From: Octopus bimaculoides
Lineage: Eukaryota
Assembly: GCF_001194135.2 (NCBI RefSeq)
Contig: NC_068992.1
Location: forward strand, 30,563,430 to 30,601,619
Reading direction: 5' to 3'
Length of the DNA: 38,190 nucleotides
Shown: positions 12,226 to 24,506 of the stretch, piece after piece
How positions within the stretch are numbered: position 1 is the first letter of the stretch
How the letters are laid out: each line of letters starts with the position of its first letter
Notes under the pieces: generated by a model
What the model was told of the DNA's origin: nothing
The model's database searches: none
The model's input: the letters and a program-made list of their open reading frames with translations, nothing else
Position numbers and translations under genes: made by a program

Positions 12226-12765
12226 GGCGCAGGAGTAGGTGTGTTGTAAGTAGCTTGCTTACCAACCACATGGTTCCTGGGTTCAGTCCCACTGCGTGGC
12301 ACCTTGGGCAAGTGTCTTCTACAATATCCTTGTGAGTGGATTTAGTAGACGGAGTGAATTTGAAAGAAGCTCGTCGTATAAATATATNNNNNNNNNNNNN
12401 NNNNNNNNNNNNNNNNNNNNNNNNNNNNNNNNNNNNNNNNNNNNNNNNNNNNNNNNNNNNNNNNNNNNNNNNNNNNNNNNNNNNNNNNNNNNNNNNNNNN
12501 NNNNNNNNNNNNNNNNNNNNNNNNNNNNNNNNNNNNNTATATATTGTGTGTGCGTGTGTGTTTGTGCGCTGTGTTTTTCCCCAACATCGATTGACAACCG
12601 ATGCTGGTGTGTTTACGTCCCCGTAACATAGCAGTTCCGCAAAAGAAGCCGATAGAATAAGTACTAGGCTTACAAAAAATAAGTCCTGATGTCGATTTCT
12701 TCGACTAAAGACGGTGCTGCAGCATTGCCGCAGTCAAATGACTGAAACAATTAACAAAAAAGAGT
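12226..12765 (+). mobile_element. tRNA-derived SINE with a CORE-like motif and internal (AT)n/(GT)n microsatellite (copy 1; gap 12388-12537)
   Basis: Head GGCGCAGGAGT..., B-box GGGTTCAGTCCC (12279-12290), ACCTTGGGCAAGTGTCTT (12301-12318, similar to the CORE-SINE motif), 3' end GCAGTCAAATGACTGAAAC plus an A-rich tail. It aligns along its length with the copy at 24070-24733. Confidence 0.9.
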
Positions 12766-13373
12766 ATATTATAAACTTTAATGTTTGAATTACCTTTGAC
12801 TTTGAGTTGCGTTCTAGGGTTCGGTGATGGCAGGGGCAGGACATAGGTGACAATGAATGATATATGGATGGCAGTGAGTATCGTGGGCATGACAAATTTT
12901 AGAAGAACTCAAATACACAAAGTCTTCTAGAATATGTATCAGATCTTTAAAGCAGAGATTTAGCACCTGCTGTGTTATTGACAGTAAGAAACATTTGATG
13001 TCTTGTTCGTTTGAAAACCTACAAACGCAGAATCGTTGGAGAATTAGACATAATCATTTATGGGGTCATTTTCATTCTGCATAAAAATGCTCCTACTGCA
13101 AGCTTCCATCCATCAGGGTCAAATATAAATTAATTCTAAAATACTAATTGTAATGTCATCAATTGGAAATTCTTCTGAAATATCTAGTCTATTGTCTGCA
13201 TAAAACATTATTATGATAGTCTTTTAGCTAACACATCCTGGTCACGCCAAACGCTGCACAACAACACTAGGGATTGGCAACGCACGTTCCAGATCGTATT
13301 AAAGTATTTCTCTCCTGATGAAACAGTTTTTTTCCTTCAGGAAAGAAATGCAGCATATTTATTTGAAAGCGTT

Positions 13374-13374
<1 letters not shown>

Positions 13375-13414
<40 letters not shown>

Positions 13415-13764
13415 ATATATATATNNNNNNNNNNNNNNNNNNNNNNNNNNNNNNNNNNNNNNNNNNNNNNNNNNNNNNNNNNNNNNNNNNNNNNNNNNNN
13501 NNNNNNNNNNNNNNNNNNNNNNNNNNNNNNNNNNNNNNNNNNNNNNNNNNNNNNNNNNNNNNNNNNNNNNNNNNNNNNNNNNNNNNNNNNNNNNNNNNNN
13601 NNNNNNNNNNNNNNNNNNNNNNNNNNNNNNNNNNNNNNNNNNNNNNNNNNNNNNNNNNNNNNNNNNNNNNNNNNNNNNNNNNNNNNNNNNNNNNNNNNNN
13701 NNNNNNNNNNNNNNNNNNNNNNNNNNNNNNNNNNNNNNNNNNNNNNNNNNNNNNNNNNNNNNNN
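13375..13764. repeat. (AT)n running into assembly gap 13425-13764
   Basis: Read directly from the sequence. Confidence 0.95.
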
Positions 13765-14426
13765 ACACGTACGCATATGAAGTTTTTACTTGGAGCGTGC
13801 TCTTTGTCAGCATTTCTTTGTTTTCTCTCATATTGACAGGTTTTATTTTAAGATACCTGCGCAATGTAAAAAAAAAACTGTAGCTTTTGCAATTCGTGAG
13901 TTGAAGGATTGTCAGGTATTTTTCGTGTTTACTCTCTCAAATATTTCTTCAATAGTAACAGTATTCTTATTACTGTAGCAAAGCACATTTGTATTCATGG
14001 ACTGTATTGTTGCTCTCTGTGTATTTATGTAATTATGCATTGTTTTTCCTTTGTTTTTACTTTCATTTATTTTTTAATCTTGTTATCCAACTACATTCGC
14101 TTTCGTTTACTTTGAAGCCTGTATTTCCATCGGAAATATAGTACATATCAAAGATTGAATATACATATATGTTTACTTTTTTACTACTATATCTATTTGG
14201 TAGGTCAGCATTGACATCTATATCCGAGAATATCACATAACGAACTGCATTTTTTGTAAATCAACATCCTATATTTTTATTATTGTTTGTGTTGCTTCTC
14301 TATGCAAACTCTAAAATTTCTATATTCTCTGTCGGGAAATATTTTTTAGGGCATATTGTCAAAATCTCGAGTGATTTTGTTTTTATCATTCAGTCTTGTA
14401 TATTCCATAACTTACTATTATGTTTA

Positions 14427-14615
14427 TGTTATGGGGATAAAATAATAATGGAACACCCCACCCCACATAACGAGTGGTATTTGCTAGTCGGTAAAAAACA
14501 TGTGACGTCGAGCATTCGGCAGAGTCGGTCATAAATAGTCGTGTCTTATCTGTCTAACTAACTATACTGCTATACTGAAGTTGACGTTATATCAATCTTA
14601 TGATGGATTACAACA
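14427..14615 (+). repeat. 5' LTR (189 bp, TGT...ACA)
   Basis: Starts TGTTATGGGGATA, ends GATTACAACA and is followed 1 nt later by the PBS. It aligns with 18631-18875. Confidence 0.85.
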
Positions 14616-14616
14616 G

Positions 14617-14629
14617 TGGCGACCAGGAA
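14617..14629 (+). promoter_or_regulatory. Primer binding site, probably tRNA-Ser(GCU)
   Basis: TGGCGACCAGGA matches 11 of 12 positions of TGGCGACGAGGA, the complement of the 3' end of metazoan tRNA-Ser(GCU), taken from recall of the vertebrate sequence. Confidence 0.7.
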
Positions 14630-14725
14630 TTAACAAACTCACGAAGAATTAACAACCGCACGAGGATTAATCTAACTCACAAATGTTTTTTGAGCGAATT
14701 TTACGGTATAGAAAATCGTAAAATT

Positions 14726-15620
14726 ATGGAAGATTTGTTGGCCGGTTTGCTCGAGTTGCAAAAACAGCAACAACAACAACAACAACGAAAGAACAACAAT
14801 GGCAATTACTAATACAAAAACAAATGCTACAATTAACGAATAGTAAGTCGCCAAAAAATGCTGATGTTCTCCCCAAATTTTCCTTCAAGCTCAGTGAAGC
14901 AGTTACCTCCGAGGCGTATTATAATAGAGTTAACATCTAGGGGTACTATAAAGCGTGCAATTATTGGGACGAGGATATAAATTCGCTTCTAATCATAAAA
15001 ACACTGGAAGCAGGAAAACATGAGCGTTTCAGCAATTACGTACTCCCCAAAAATCACTGTGACATTTTAAAACTACGATATATTTTGTAAAAAGTTTGGC
15101 GAGAAAAGCTCTTTGTTCCATGAACGCTGGAAATGTTGGAACCTAGAAAAGAACAACGAGGAGGACTGCATAACATATGCTGGTAGAGTTAACAGGCAAT
15201 ATGAAATGTTCAAACTGGACGAGTTTACGCCAAACATGTTCAAGTGCCTGATATTTATCCAGGAACTAAAGGTAGAAAAATACGTAGAAGGAAGAACAAG
15301 AAATCTCGCTAAGCTGGAAGAAAACCACGCTGTAACCTTACAAAATGTGTCAGAAGAGAATGAAAGAATAGTCAATTTAAGGCACGACACAGAGAAAATT
15401 GAACATAAAGAGTGCTCCGTAGTGAAACAAATGCGAAACAGGCAGAATAGAAATAGAGTGTGTACTGAAATCAGTACAAACAGGACAAAAGTCAGGAAAC
15501 AAACTCATGTTTTGGATGTTGAGGTCTACACCTGAGAGAAAAAACTATCCATTTAAGGTAGTGGAATGTTTCCAATGTGGAAAAATTGGATACATAAAAG
15601 CGCATTGTAAAACCAAAATG
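14726..15620 (+). pseudogene. gag: gag remnant with two zinc knuckles
   Basis: MEDLLAGLLELQKQQQQQQQ start; SLFHERWKCWNLEK...YAGRVNRQYEMFKLDEFTPNMFKCLIFIQ...VNLRHDTEKIE; knuckles CFGC*GLHLR (broken) and CFQCGKIGYIKAHC (H to Y). Confidence 0.85.
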
Positions 15621-15669
15621 ACAAAACATTGGAACAAAGAAAAAAGAGTGAACAAGATGTTGTCGAAAG

Positions 15670-18160
15670 AAAATGGAAAGAGGAAATTCGTAAACGTAAG
15701 AATTGAAAATATAAGAGTAAAAATGCAGTTGGATACCGGAAGTGATATTACCATTGTGAATCAAGAAAACTCGGAAGAATATCAGTATAAGTAAATCTAC
15801 GAATGTACCACACGGTGTTACGGGTAAAAGATTGTATTTTATCGGTAAATTCGTGCGTAATGTAGCATTTCCTGATCAAATTGAAACAGCAAAAGTATGT
15901 GTGTTAAAAAATCTAGTTAATCTATTCGCCACAGAGTGGATGGAACTTTTAAATTGTGGAATACTTCCATAAGTGTTTTGTGTTGGAATATAGTCGGTTC
16001 AGCTGAAGGTTCGAATGGCACAGAGATTGAAACTAAAGATTAAAACATTTATTTCCACATGTTTTCTCAGATGAACTGGGCTGCTGCACGAAAATGAAGG
16101 CAAAATTTGTAGTAAAACAAAGTACAACACCGGTATCTAAGCCAAAAGGTAATGTACTGTTCCCGGCAATACATCAGGTAAATAAAGAACTCGAAAGACT
16201 TGAAAGCCTAGGAATAAACGAGAAGACGGACCACTCAGATTGGGCAGCACCTACGGCCTACATAAAAAAGAAAAAAGAATAAGTTAAGAGTTTGTGCAGC
16301 TTTTTGGGCCGGATTAAACGATTGCTTCATCTCATATAATTATCCATTGCCAAGTACCATGGAATTCTTCGTAAAATGAAATGGAGAGAAATTTTTCCCC
16401 AAATTAGACCGCAAGGAGACCTATTTACAAATCCAAGTAGAAAAATTCTGACACTTATTATTAGACATTAATATACACTGTGGTTTCTTTAAATCTAAGC
16501 GGTGCAAAAGTGGCCCCTTCCATATTTCAACAATTAATGGAAGCTGGCGGGCTGTGATTCTGCCGTCTCTTATTTAGACGGTACACTAATAAAAAGCGAT
16601 CACACGAATAATATGCAGAATATTTAAAAAGGGTATTCAAAAAGATGAGAGAATACAGTTTTAAGCTGTGTGAAGAAAGATCCGAGTTGTTTCTAAAAAA
16701 TTAAATAATGAGATCAGACAATTGATAAAAACAGATGGAAACAGAATCTGTCCAGAGCATCTGCGATAAAAATATGCCCATGACTAATAATGTGAGTATG
16801 CTACAAGGATTAGTTAATTACTACCAAGTTTATATTCCCAATATACACAATGTAAGGACCCTACTAAATCATTTGTTAAAAAAAATTCAAAATGGAGCGG
16901 GAAAGTACCAGAAGGCATTTGACGAATTAAAAAACATTTTAAAATCGAACTTATCGTTAACGCATTTTGACGCGAATTTGGATATTATATTGACTATAGA
17001 CGCAAGTGATTACGGTGTATAAGCAGTGCTTCTGCACATATATGACGATGGAAGTAAAAAAGGCTTTAGCCGAAGCGTCATGGTCGTTATTACCAGCAAA
17101 AAAAACTGTAGTCAAATAGCAATCATATTCAGGGCAAAAAGAAATTCCGTAAATTTATTCATGGTGGAAATTTCTGTCTACAAATAGATTATCGCTCACT
17201 TCTGTAAATATAGTGTTCTAAAAGAGGAATACCGGTACACACAGCTAATAAACTACAGCGATGGGGCGCTACATTATTAAATTATGATTACAAAATGGGT
17301 TATTTACCGTGAAAAACGGTGGGCATGCGGATGGTTTGTCCAGACCGATACCGAAACACTGTGAATCATTCTAATATATGGTAATCACAGTATTAAGATC
17401 GGAAAAGATGCAATGTGGAATGTGGCACCAGTGACCATTGAAAACATAGGACGAAATGCAGAAAAAGAGAAATTCATGACAGAAATGAAAAGAATACTGT
17501 GGACAGGAAAAGTAAATAGGAACAGGACTGGTGTAAAACGAAACGAAGACGTGAACCTATGCTCAATTTGTGATAGCATACTGATGTATGCACACATTCT
17601 AGTAATACCTAAAAAACTACAAAAGAAAATGCTGATGGAATTCCAAGTTTGGCTTCCTGATATTTCGAGGATGAAAGCTTCAATGCGTAGCTAAGTGCAC
17701 TGGATAAAATTGGATAAAGAAATCGAAAATTTAATGACAGGTTGTAGAGGATGTGCTCTAGCAGCAAAATTACCCTTGATATAAAGTGTAACTTGGCCAA
17801 AAGTAGATGTTCCATGGTCAAGATTAAACATCGATTTCGGTGGTCTGTTATACGCTTGATACTACTTAATGGTAGTAGATAGTTTATCTAAGTGGCCAGA
17901 AATTCATAAGTGGTGTAAAATGTCAACCTCTTCGATTACGATATGAGTTGTTTGAGAGATTTGGTGTCCCAGACATGGTAGTGCCTGACAATGTAATGCA
18001 AATTTTGTCTTCTGAGTTCAAAAAGATTTATGAATTGTTCTACGAAGAAGATATACCTACAGTACCATACCATCCCAGATCTAACGGACAAGCGGAACGC
18101 TTTGTCGACAAGTTCAAAAGCGCCCTAAAATAGTCGAATAAGGAAGACACGGATGACGTA
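15670..18160 (+). pseudogene. pol: pol remnant: aspartic protease, RT, RNase H, integrase
   Basis: Protease MQLDTGSDITIV (15732); RT KELERLESLGI...DWAAPT and YLDG at 16571 (YLDD mutated); RNase H LTIDASDYGV; integrase PWSRLNIDFGG, VVDSLSKWPEI, FGVPDMVVPDN, PYHPRSNGQAERFVDKFK. Confidence 0.92.
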
Positions 18161-18630
18161 CTGCTATACCGACATAGACGTTCTAACAGTCTGAAGTTAG
18201 ATAGTAATATTTTCCACCTTCAACCCGCAAGAAACGAAAACAAAGTTGGGAAGATGGCGTGATTACCAAATGAATAAGCAAATGCTATAATTGGTAAAAT
18301 GAAGAAAAAGTAGGATATATAAGAAACACGAATCAACCAGAAAAACATTTGTTGAGAGCGAACCCAAGGAAATGGAAGAACCAATTGAATGGTTATATGA
18401 TACTTTTCAAGTATCAACGCCACTACAAATAACTGTGCCCAGACGCACAAGCGAAATAAAAGGAAAAGGAAAAGTGGATGCCAAACAAAATACATATTAA
18501 ATTTGCAACTTTATGAAAAAAAAAAAGAAAAAGAAACTCAAAGAAGGGAGGTTGTGTGATGTAAAAATTATTGCTAATAAAAGGAAATAATATTTCACAC
18601 TCTAAGAAAAAAAAAGCTTTAAAAGAAAGA

Positions 18631-18640
18631 TGTTATGGGG

Positions 18641-18713
<73 letters not shown>

Positions 18714-18875
18714 AACACACCTAGCACGTGACGAGTGGCATGGGATGTCGTTACAAATACTGTGACGTCGAGTAGTCAGTGGTGTCGGTCATAGATGAAC
18801 GTATCGTACCTCTCTAAGTAACTATACTGCTATACCGACGTAGACGTTCTAACAGTCTGAGGTTGGATAGTAATA
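18631..18875 (+). repeat. 3' LTR with an expanded (AAT)n at 18641-18711
   Basis: Starts TGTTATGGGGATA after a purine run (AAAAGAAAGA) and ends GATAGTAATA. It shares GTGACGTCGAG, GTCGGTCATA and TAACTATACTGCTATAC with the 5' LTR. Confidence 0.8.
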
Positions 18876-19890
18876 TTTTCCACCTTCAACCCGCAATTTT
18901 TAATGCATTCTTAAAAGGTAATCTACTGTGAGCTCGCAGTTTTTAATGCATTCTTAAAGGTATTCTGTTCATGTTCTCAAAAACATTATTCGTGCCTATT
19001 AAAACCCAAATTTATAGAAATTCGCATCATCTAAATTAGTTATATTTAGCAGCAATTGTTTATATTTTCCTCCAGATTTAGGCAGGAGTTATTTGTAAAG
19101 GCGAGGCTATGAATTTTAATAGGTTTTCTGTTTACAAGAAGAAACAGTTTTATCTGCATACATATGCAATTATTTACCACCAGATTATTTTAAACATTTT
19201 TACGACTTTATCATATTTTTCTTCAAATTTATTGACATATGATACTTCAAATGTCTCTTTATATACTTATACATGCAGATTTGTTTTAATTTTCAAATGA
19301 TTCTCGGTTTTGTAATTCTCGTGTTTTTATAAAGGTACGTAGTAATTAATTTACTTATTGAGATTGAACAATAATTCGATAGAAGTTTATTGCCATCAAT
19401 GAAATGTTTTGTTAAAATTTTTTTACCTTCTCAAAATGTTTGTACTCCATTGTCATATCGTTTATGATCTTGGCATTTGAGCTGCAAATATTTGTAGAAT
19501 ATTTTTTTTAGTTCACTTTTCATATTTGTGACGGTCACTACTGTACGTGTTCTTGGATAGTCTAATTTCTATATTTAATGTCGTATATATTCATTCGACT
19601 TTTCCTTGCTTAACATTTCTCATATATCATTTCGTTGGATTTCACATAACAATGGTAGATATGCCATTATTGAGATACATTATAATACAATAACCATATA
19701 CTGCGCAAAATACGAAGACTAAGAATTTGATTGAATGTTTTACTGTAGATTATCTTTGCAACTACAGAGTGCAGGCATATTTTCTTGGAAAATGCAAGAT
19801 ATATATAGCAAATTAGGATAATATAGGAATTATATGTGGAATACTCTCTTACGCACTTAACATTTATTTATATTAAGTATTCATTGCTAG

Positions 19891-19999
19891 ATGTATATGT
19901 GTGTGTGTGTGTGTGTTTGTATGTGTGTGTGTGTGTTGTGTTTGTGTGTGTGTGTTGTGTTTGTATGTATGTGTGTGTGTGCGTGCGTGCGTGCGTGTG

Positions 20000-20030
<31 letters not shown>
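19891..20030. repeat. Degenerate (TG)n/(TGCG)n microsatellite
   Basis: Read directly from the sequence. Confidence 0.95.
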
Positions 20031-21002
20031 TTGAGATACTAGATATGTGTGACCACGTGTCTACTTACTGGCAGAATCGTTAGATATTGTTTAACGCTTG
20101 ATATTCTATTTCGAATATATTTTAACATTTTAAATTGTTCTGCAGTCAACAACTTAATCTACACTCAGTTGATGCAAACATTGTCCAATGTAAAATGTTC
20201 AAACAAATATATAGTATTCATTTCTTACACCGTATTCAAAATAACTGTTAAAATCATAGCGTATACATTTCTGCTTGACAATATTTCTTGATTATTGAGA
20301 GATGTTAATAGTTTAATTCAGGATTTCAGTCAAAACAATTTTAGTTGGATTTTTCATCTTACTGTTGAACGTAGAACTATTTTAGTAAGATTTATCATTA
20401 TTCAACTTGTTCGAATGTTATTTCTGAAGAAGTGAGGGTACTATATTTACTACTAGTGAGATGAGTAGCAACACATTAACTGAAGTGGCCGTGGTTGTCT
20501 TGAATAGTTGGTATAAACATTAGTATACGAAATTGCATATGTACGGCTCTATGTGTCAGTGTTTGTTTGATTTCTTGTGAGTGTGTGTGATTGTATTCGT
20601 ATACTCGCACGCACGTATCGATATTTTGTTATACGTCGATAAGTCAAAGTGCTTTCGACCAACAGGCTTCGATTACAACACGAATTTCATTGCTTCGAAT
20701 TATGTGTACGTATGTATATCTCTATGCAAGCGTATCTACCTGTGTATCTATCTAAGTGTCTATTTATTTACGTATACACGAGTGCATAAATCTATCTATA
20801 TATTTATCTGTCTAACTATCTTTCCTTTTATGTCTGTCTGTCTGTATGTTTAAGCCACAGAACCTTCCCTAAACTAGACACCAATAACTAAACGTAATCC
20901 AAGCATAATAAGATTATCTTTGATGAAAAACAACCAATATCAATGTAAGTAATCTCCAGAAACCATGAATAAATCCAGAAATACTTTCCATTATACTAGA
21001 GA

Positions 21003-21700
21003 ATATATATATATATACTAGAGAATATATATATATATATATATATATANNNNNNNNNNNNNNNNNNNNNNNNNNNNNNNNNNNNNNNNNNNNNNNNNNN
21101 NNNNNNNNNNNNNNNNNNNNNNNNNNNNNNNNNNNNNNNNNNNNNNNNNNNNNNNNNNNNNNNNNNNNNNNNNNNNNNNNNNNNNNNNNNNNNNNNNNNN
21201 NNNNNNNNNNNNNNNNNNNNNNNNNNNNNNNNNNNNNNNNNNNNNNNNNNNNNNNNNNNNNNNNNNNNNNNNNNNNNNNNNNNNNNNNNNNNNNNNNNNN
21301 NNNNNNNNNNNNNNNNNNNNNNNNNNNNNNNNNNNNNNNNNNNNNNNNNNNNNNNNNNNNNNNNNNNNNNNNNNNNNNNNNNNNNNNNNNNNNNNNNNNN
21401 NNNNNNNNNNNNNNNNNNNNNNNNNNNNNNNNNNNNNNNNNNNNNNNNNNNNNNNNNNNNNNNNNNNNNNNNNNNNNNNNNNNNNNNNNNNNNNNNNNNN
21501 NNNNNNNNNNNNNNNNNATATATATATATATATATATACATACATATACACACATACATGTTTATCTATGTATATATAGAAACATAGATGATATAGATAT
21601 ATATTCACATAGAAACATGCATACACATTTAGATACATGTAGATACGCGCACAGACACAAACATACACATACATACACACACATACACATGGCCGCATGG
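21003..21700. repeat. (AT)n, gap 21050-21517, then a degenerate AT/AC tract
   Basis: Read directly from the sequence. Confidence 0.9.
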
Positions 21701-22164
21701 ATTCACATTTCTATACGTATGCTGCAAAATTAGTGATTTGTTTCGTATACTTCAGAATATAAAAATATAATTAATTTTCTAGTTCTACAAATAACATCGG
21801 GTTTAGTTTGCATTAAATTATACATGTATAAATGCTGTGTGTGAATGATGTATAGCAGATTATGAGAAAAGATATGGATAGTTTGATATTTAAGTGCAAT
21901 TATAATTGTATTTGACCATTTGTTACAGTCTAGTGATTTCTGTTATGTTCGTGGATGTGTTTTGTTTTGTTTTGTTTATTAGTACACATTTCTATAAATT
22001 TTCGACTTTAATTTCTTGCTCTTCCGATTTGTGAAATGTGATATTTTGTTAGATTCTAAATTTTAGCGGAAATTAATCGTTCAATCATTTTGTGGATACG
22101 TGTATATGTATATTTGTGCTGGTGTATATTTGAGGAGTGTACGTGTGGTCCTTTTCCTATGTAG

Positions 22165-22588
22165 GTATGTGTATATATCTATTTGTGTGTATATGTGTGT
22201 GTGTTTGTGTGTGTGTTTATGTTTAAGTATGCGTGTTTGTTTATATATATATATATANNNNNNNNNNNNNNNNNNNNNNNNNNNNNNNNNNNNNNNNNNN
22301 NNNNNNNNNNNNNNNNNNNNNNNNNNNNNNNNNNNNNNNNNNNNNNNNNNNNNNNNNNNNNNNNNNNNNNNNNNNNNNNNNNNNNNNNNNNNNNNNNNNN
22401 NNNNNNNNNNNNNNNNNNNNNNNNNNNNNNNNNNNNNNNNNNNNNNNNNNNNNNNNNNNNNNNNNNNNNNNNNNNNNNNNNNNNNNNNNNNNNNNNNNNN
22501 NNNNNNNNNNNNNNNNNNNNNNNNNNNNNNNNNNNNNNNNNNNNNNNNNNNNNNNNNNNNNNNNNNNNNNNNNNNNNNNNNNNNNNNN

Positions 22589-22623
<35 letters not shown>

Positions 22624-22625
22624 AA
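22165..22625. repeat. TG-rich tract, (AT)n, gap 22258-22588, (AT)n(CA)n
   Basis: Read directly from the sequence. Confidence 0.9.
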
Positions 22626-23167
22626 CAAATATGTATACATACATAAACAAAGATTCATATTTGTGTATGTATGCATGATCGTACTTCTGAGTGCATGTGT
22701 AATGATAATAGAAATAAAGACAGAATCTGAGAATGAAGTAGGGAGAAGGGGGTGTGTACAGCCTCTCTATTGTTACAGTATACACAAAATAACGGGGAAG
22801 GATGTGGAAAAATAGTTGTTGATTCACAAAATGTTTTGAAAGAAAACAACAAACATAAAGGCAAATCTTTTAAATGATGATAATATAATATATTGCTATC
22901 TGTGAAATCCCACCTTATTCAAATGTTGGAAGCAGAGCTACCTAATGAACCATACTTAACGAAATACTGTTCTTCGTTCTCAATGCACACTGAATGTAAG
23001 CTCATTAACTTTGCCGTATATTTTATCCCTCAACAAATTTACTACATGCCAGCGCCTCCGTTTCCATCTTATGACGTAAGCATAGGTGCTAAAGAAAATG
23101 TACTTACTCTTTTTATTCATAATCATCAGGTAGACTAAAACTCCTTTCTTTAGCAAGTCAGAGGATG

Positions 23168-23183
23168 AATAATAATAATAATA

Positions 23184-23260
<77 letters not shown>

Positions 23261-23267
23261 GATAATA

Positions 23268-23314
<47 letters not shown>
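23168..23314. repeat. Compound (AAT)n(GAT)n(AAT)n trinucleotide array
   Basis: Read directly from the sequence. Confidence 0.97.
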
Positions 23315-23315
<1 letters not shown>

Positions 23316-23469
23316 TATAACTTCTGAAAACCGATTCCAGTGATTTGATTAATAAAATAGGTGATGAATCTGGAATTGAAAGAGACGCCTATAACCGCAC
23401 TTTGAGCATACTCTATTAAAACTGCTTCTCATACCTGATTAGACTGCAGAATGCAGGGATGTGTAAACA

Positions 23470-23680
23470 AAATTAGAAGTTCAGTATGCAATAAGTTTTT
23501 GTGGTGAAGTTGGCAGAACTGCGACAAAAACGCATGAAATGCTGCAAACTGGATATGGATTAACTTGTATGAGCGAAGGATGTCTTTTTGCAGATACATG
23601 TAATGAAGGAAAGGATGCTCACCGGGAACCGTATGGTGTTTTCCTTTTTCGACAGTAAGGGTATCCTCTACATGGGAGTA
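23470..23680 (+). mobile_element. Internally deleted mariner transposase relic
   Basis: KLEVQYAISFCGEVGRTATKTHEMLQTGYGLTCMS resembles a mariner N-terminal HTH (consensus-like EQRYAIKFC.KLGKTATETHEML..AYG..CMS). In another frame it is followed shortly by GNRMVFSFFDSKGILYMG, which resembles the catalytic-domain KxMxxVFFDSKGI segment. Confidence 0.6.
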
Positions 23681-24069
23681 TAAATTTGATTTTCAAAATT
23701 ATGAGTTGTGTTTCCTCAAGAAATCTCAAAACGACTGAAATTCTCTTTGTAAGTTGTATTCATCTACAAATCATTTTATGGCAACAGATAGTAGTATTTA
23801 GTAAAAAGATTAAGAAAAACTAGTTTCCATGTCCTCCCGAAAATTATTATTGTTATTTCTTTTCTTGCAGTCATAAATTCTTGGCAATTTCTCCCTAGTC
23901 AGTGACAACAATATAGGAACAGTTTGTTGCTTTTATATACATTGTTTTGTATTTTTGCTTTTGTCTTTTCTGCTAGTCGACAGCCTGTCCAATTAATGGT
24001 ATTCGTGGCATCTTGAATGTCTGCGACATATTTCATATTTACTATATATTTTTCGGCGAATTCTTTTAA

Positions 24070-24230
24070 CAGGAGTAGCTGTGTGGTAAGTAGATTGCTT
24101 ACCAACCACGTGGTTCTGGGTTCAGTCCCACTGCGTGGCATCTTGGGCAAATGTCTTCTACTATAGCCTCAGGCCGACCAAAGCCTTGTGAGTGGATTTA
24201 GTAGACAGAAACTGAAAGAAGCCCGTCGTA

Positions 24231-24261
<31 letters not shown>

Positions 24262-24474
24262 NNNNNNNNNNNNNNNNNNNNNNNNNNNNNNNNNNNNNNN
24301 NNNNNNNNNNNNNNNNNNNNNNNNNNNNNNNNNNNNNNNNNNNNNNNNNNNNNNNNNNNNNNNNNNNNNNNNNNNNNNNNNNNNNNNNNNNNNNNNNNNN
24401 NNNNNNNNNNNNNNNNNNNNNNNNNNNNNNNNNNNNNNNNNNNNNNNNNNNNNNNNNNNNNNNNNNNNNNNNNN

Positions 24475-24506
<32 letters not shown>

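Larger units (their letters stand above)
14427..18875 (+). mobile_element. Degenerate near full-length Ty3/Gypsy LTR retrotransposon (Mag-like)
   Basis: Order is LTR, PBS, gag, PR, RT, RNase H, integrase, polypurine tract, LTR. The PR-RT-RH-INT order defines Ty3/Gypsy. The tandem Cys knuckles and the gag motif FKCLIFIQ are typical of Mag-like elements. Many stops and frameshifts. Confidence 0.93.

Noticed and set aside
20069-20085. TGGCAGAATCGTTAGA, an A-box-like SINE head remnant
   Set aside because: Too short, with no recognisable B-box or body downstream.
20995-21049. Tandem TACTAGAGAATATATATATATA at a gap edge
   Set aside because: At a contig end next to (AT)n; it may be an assembly artefact.
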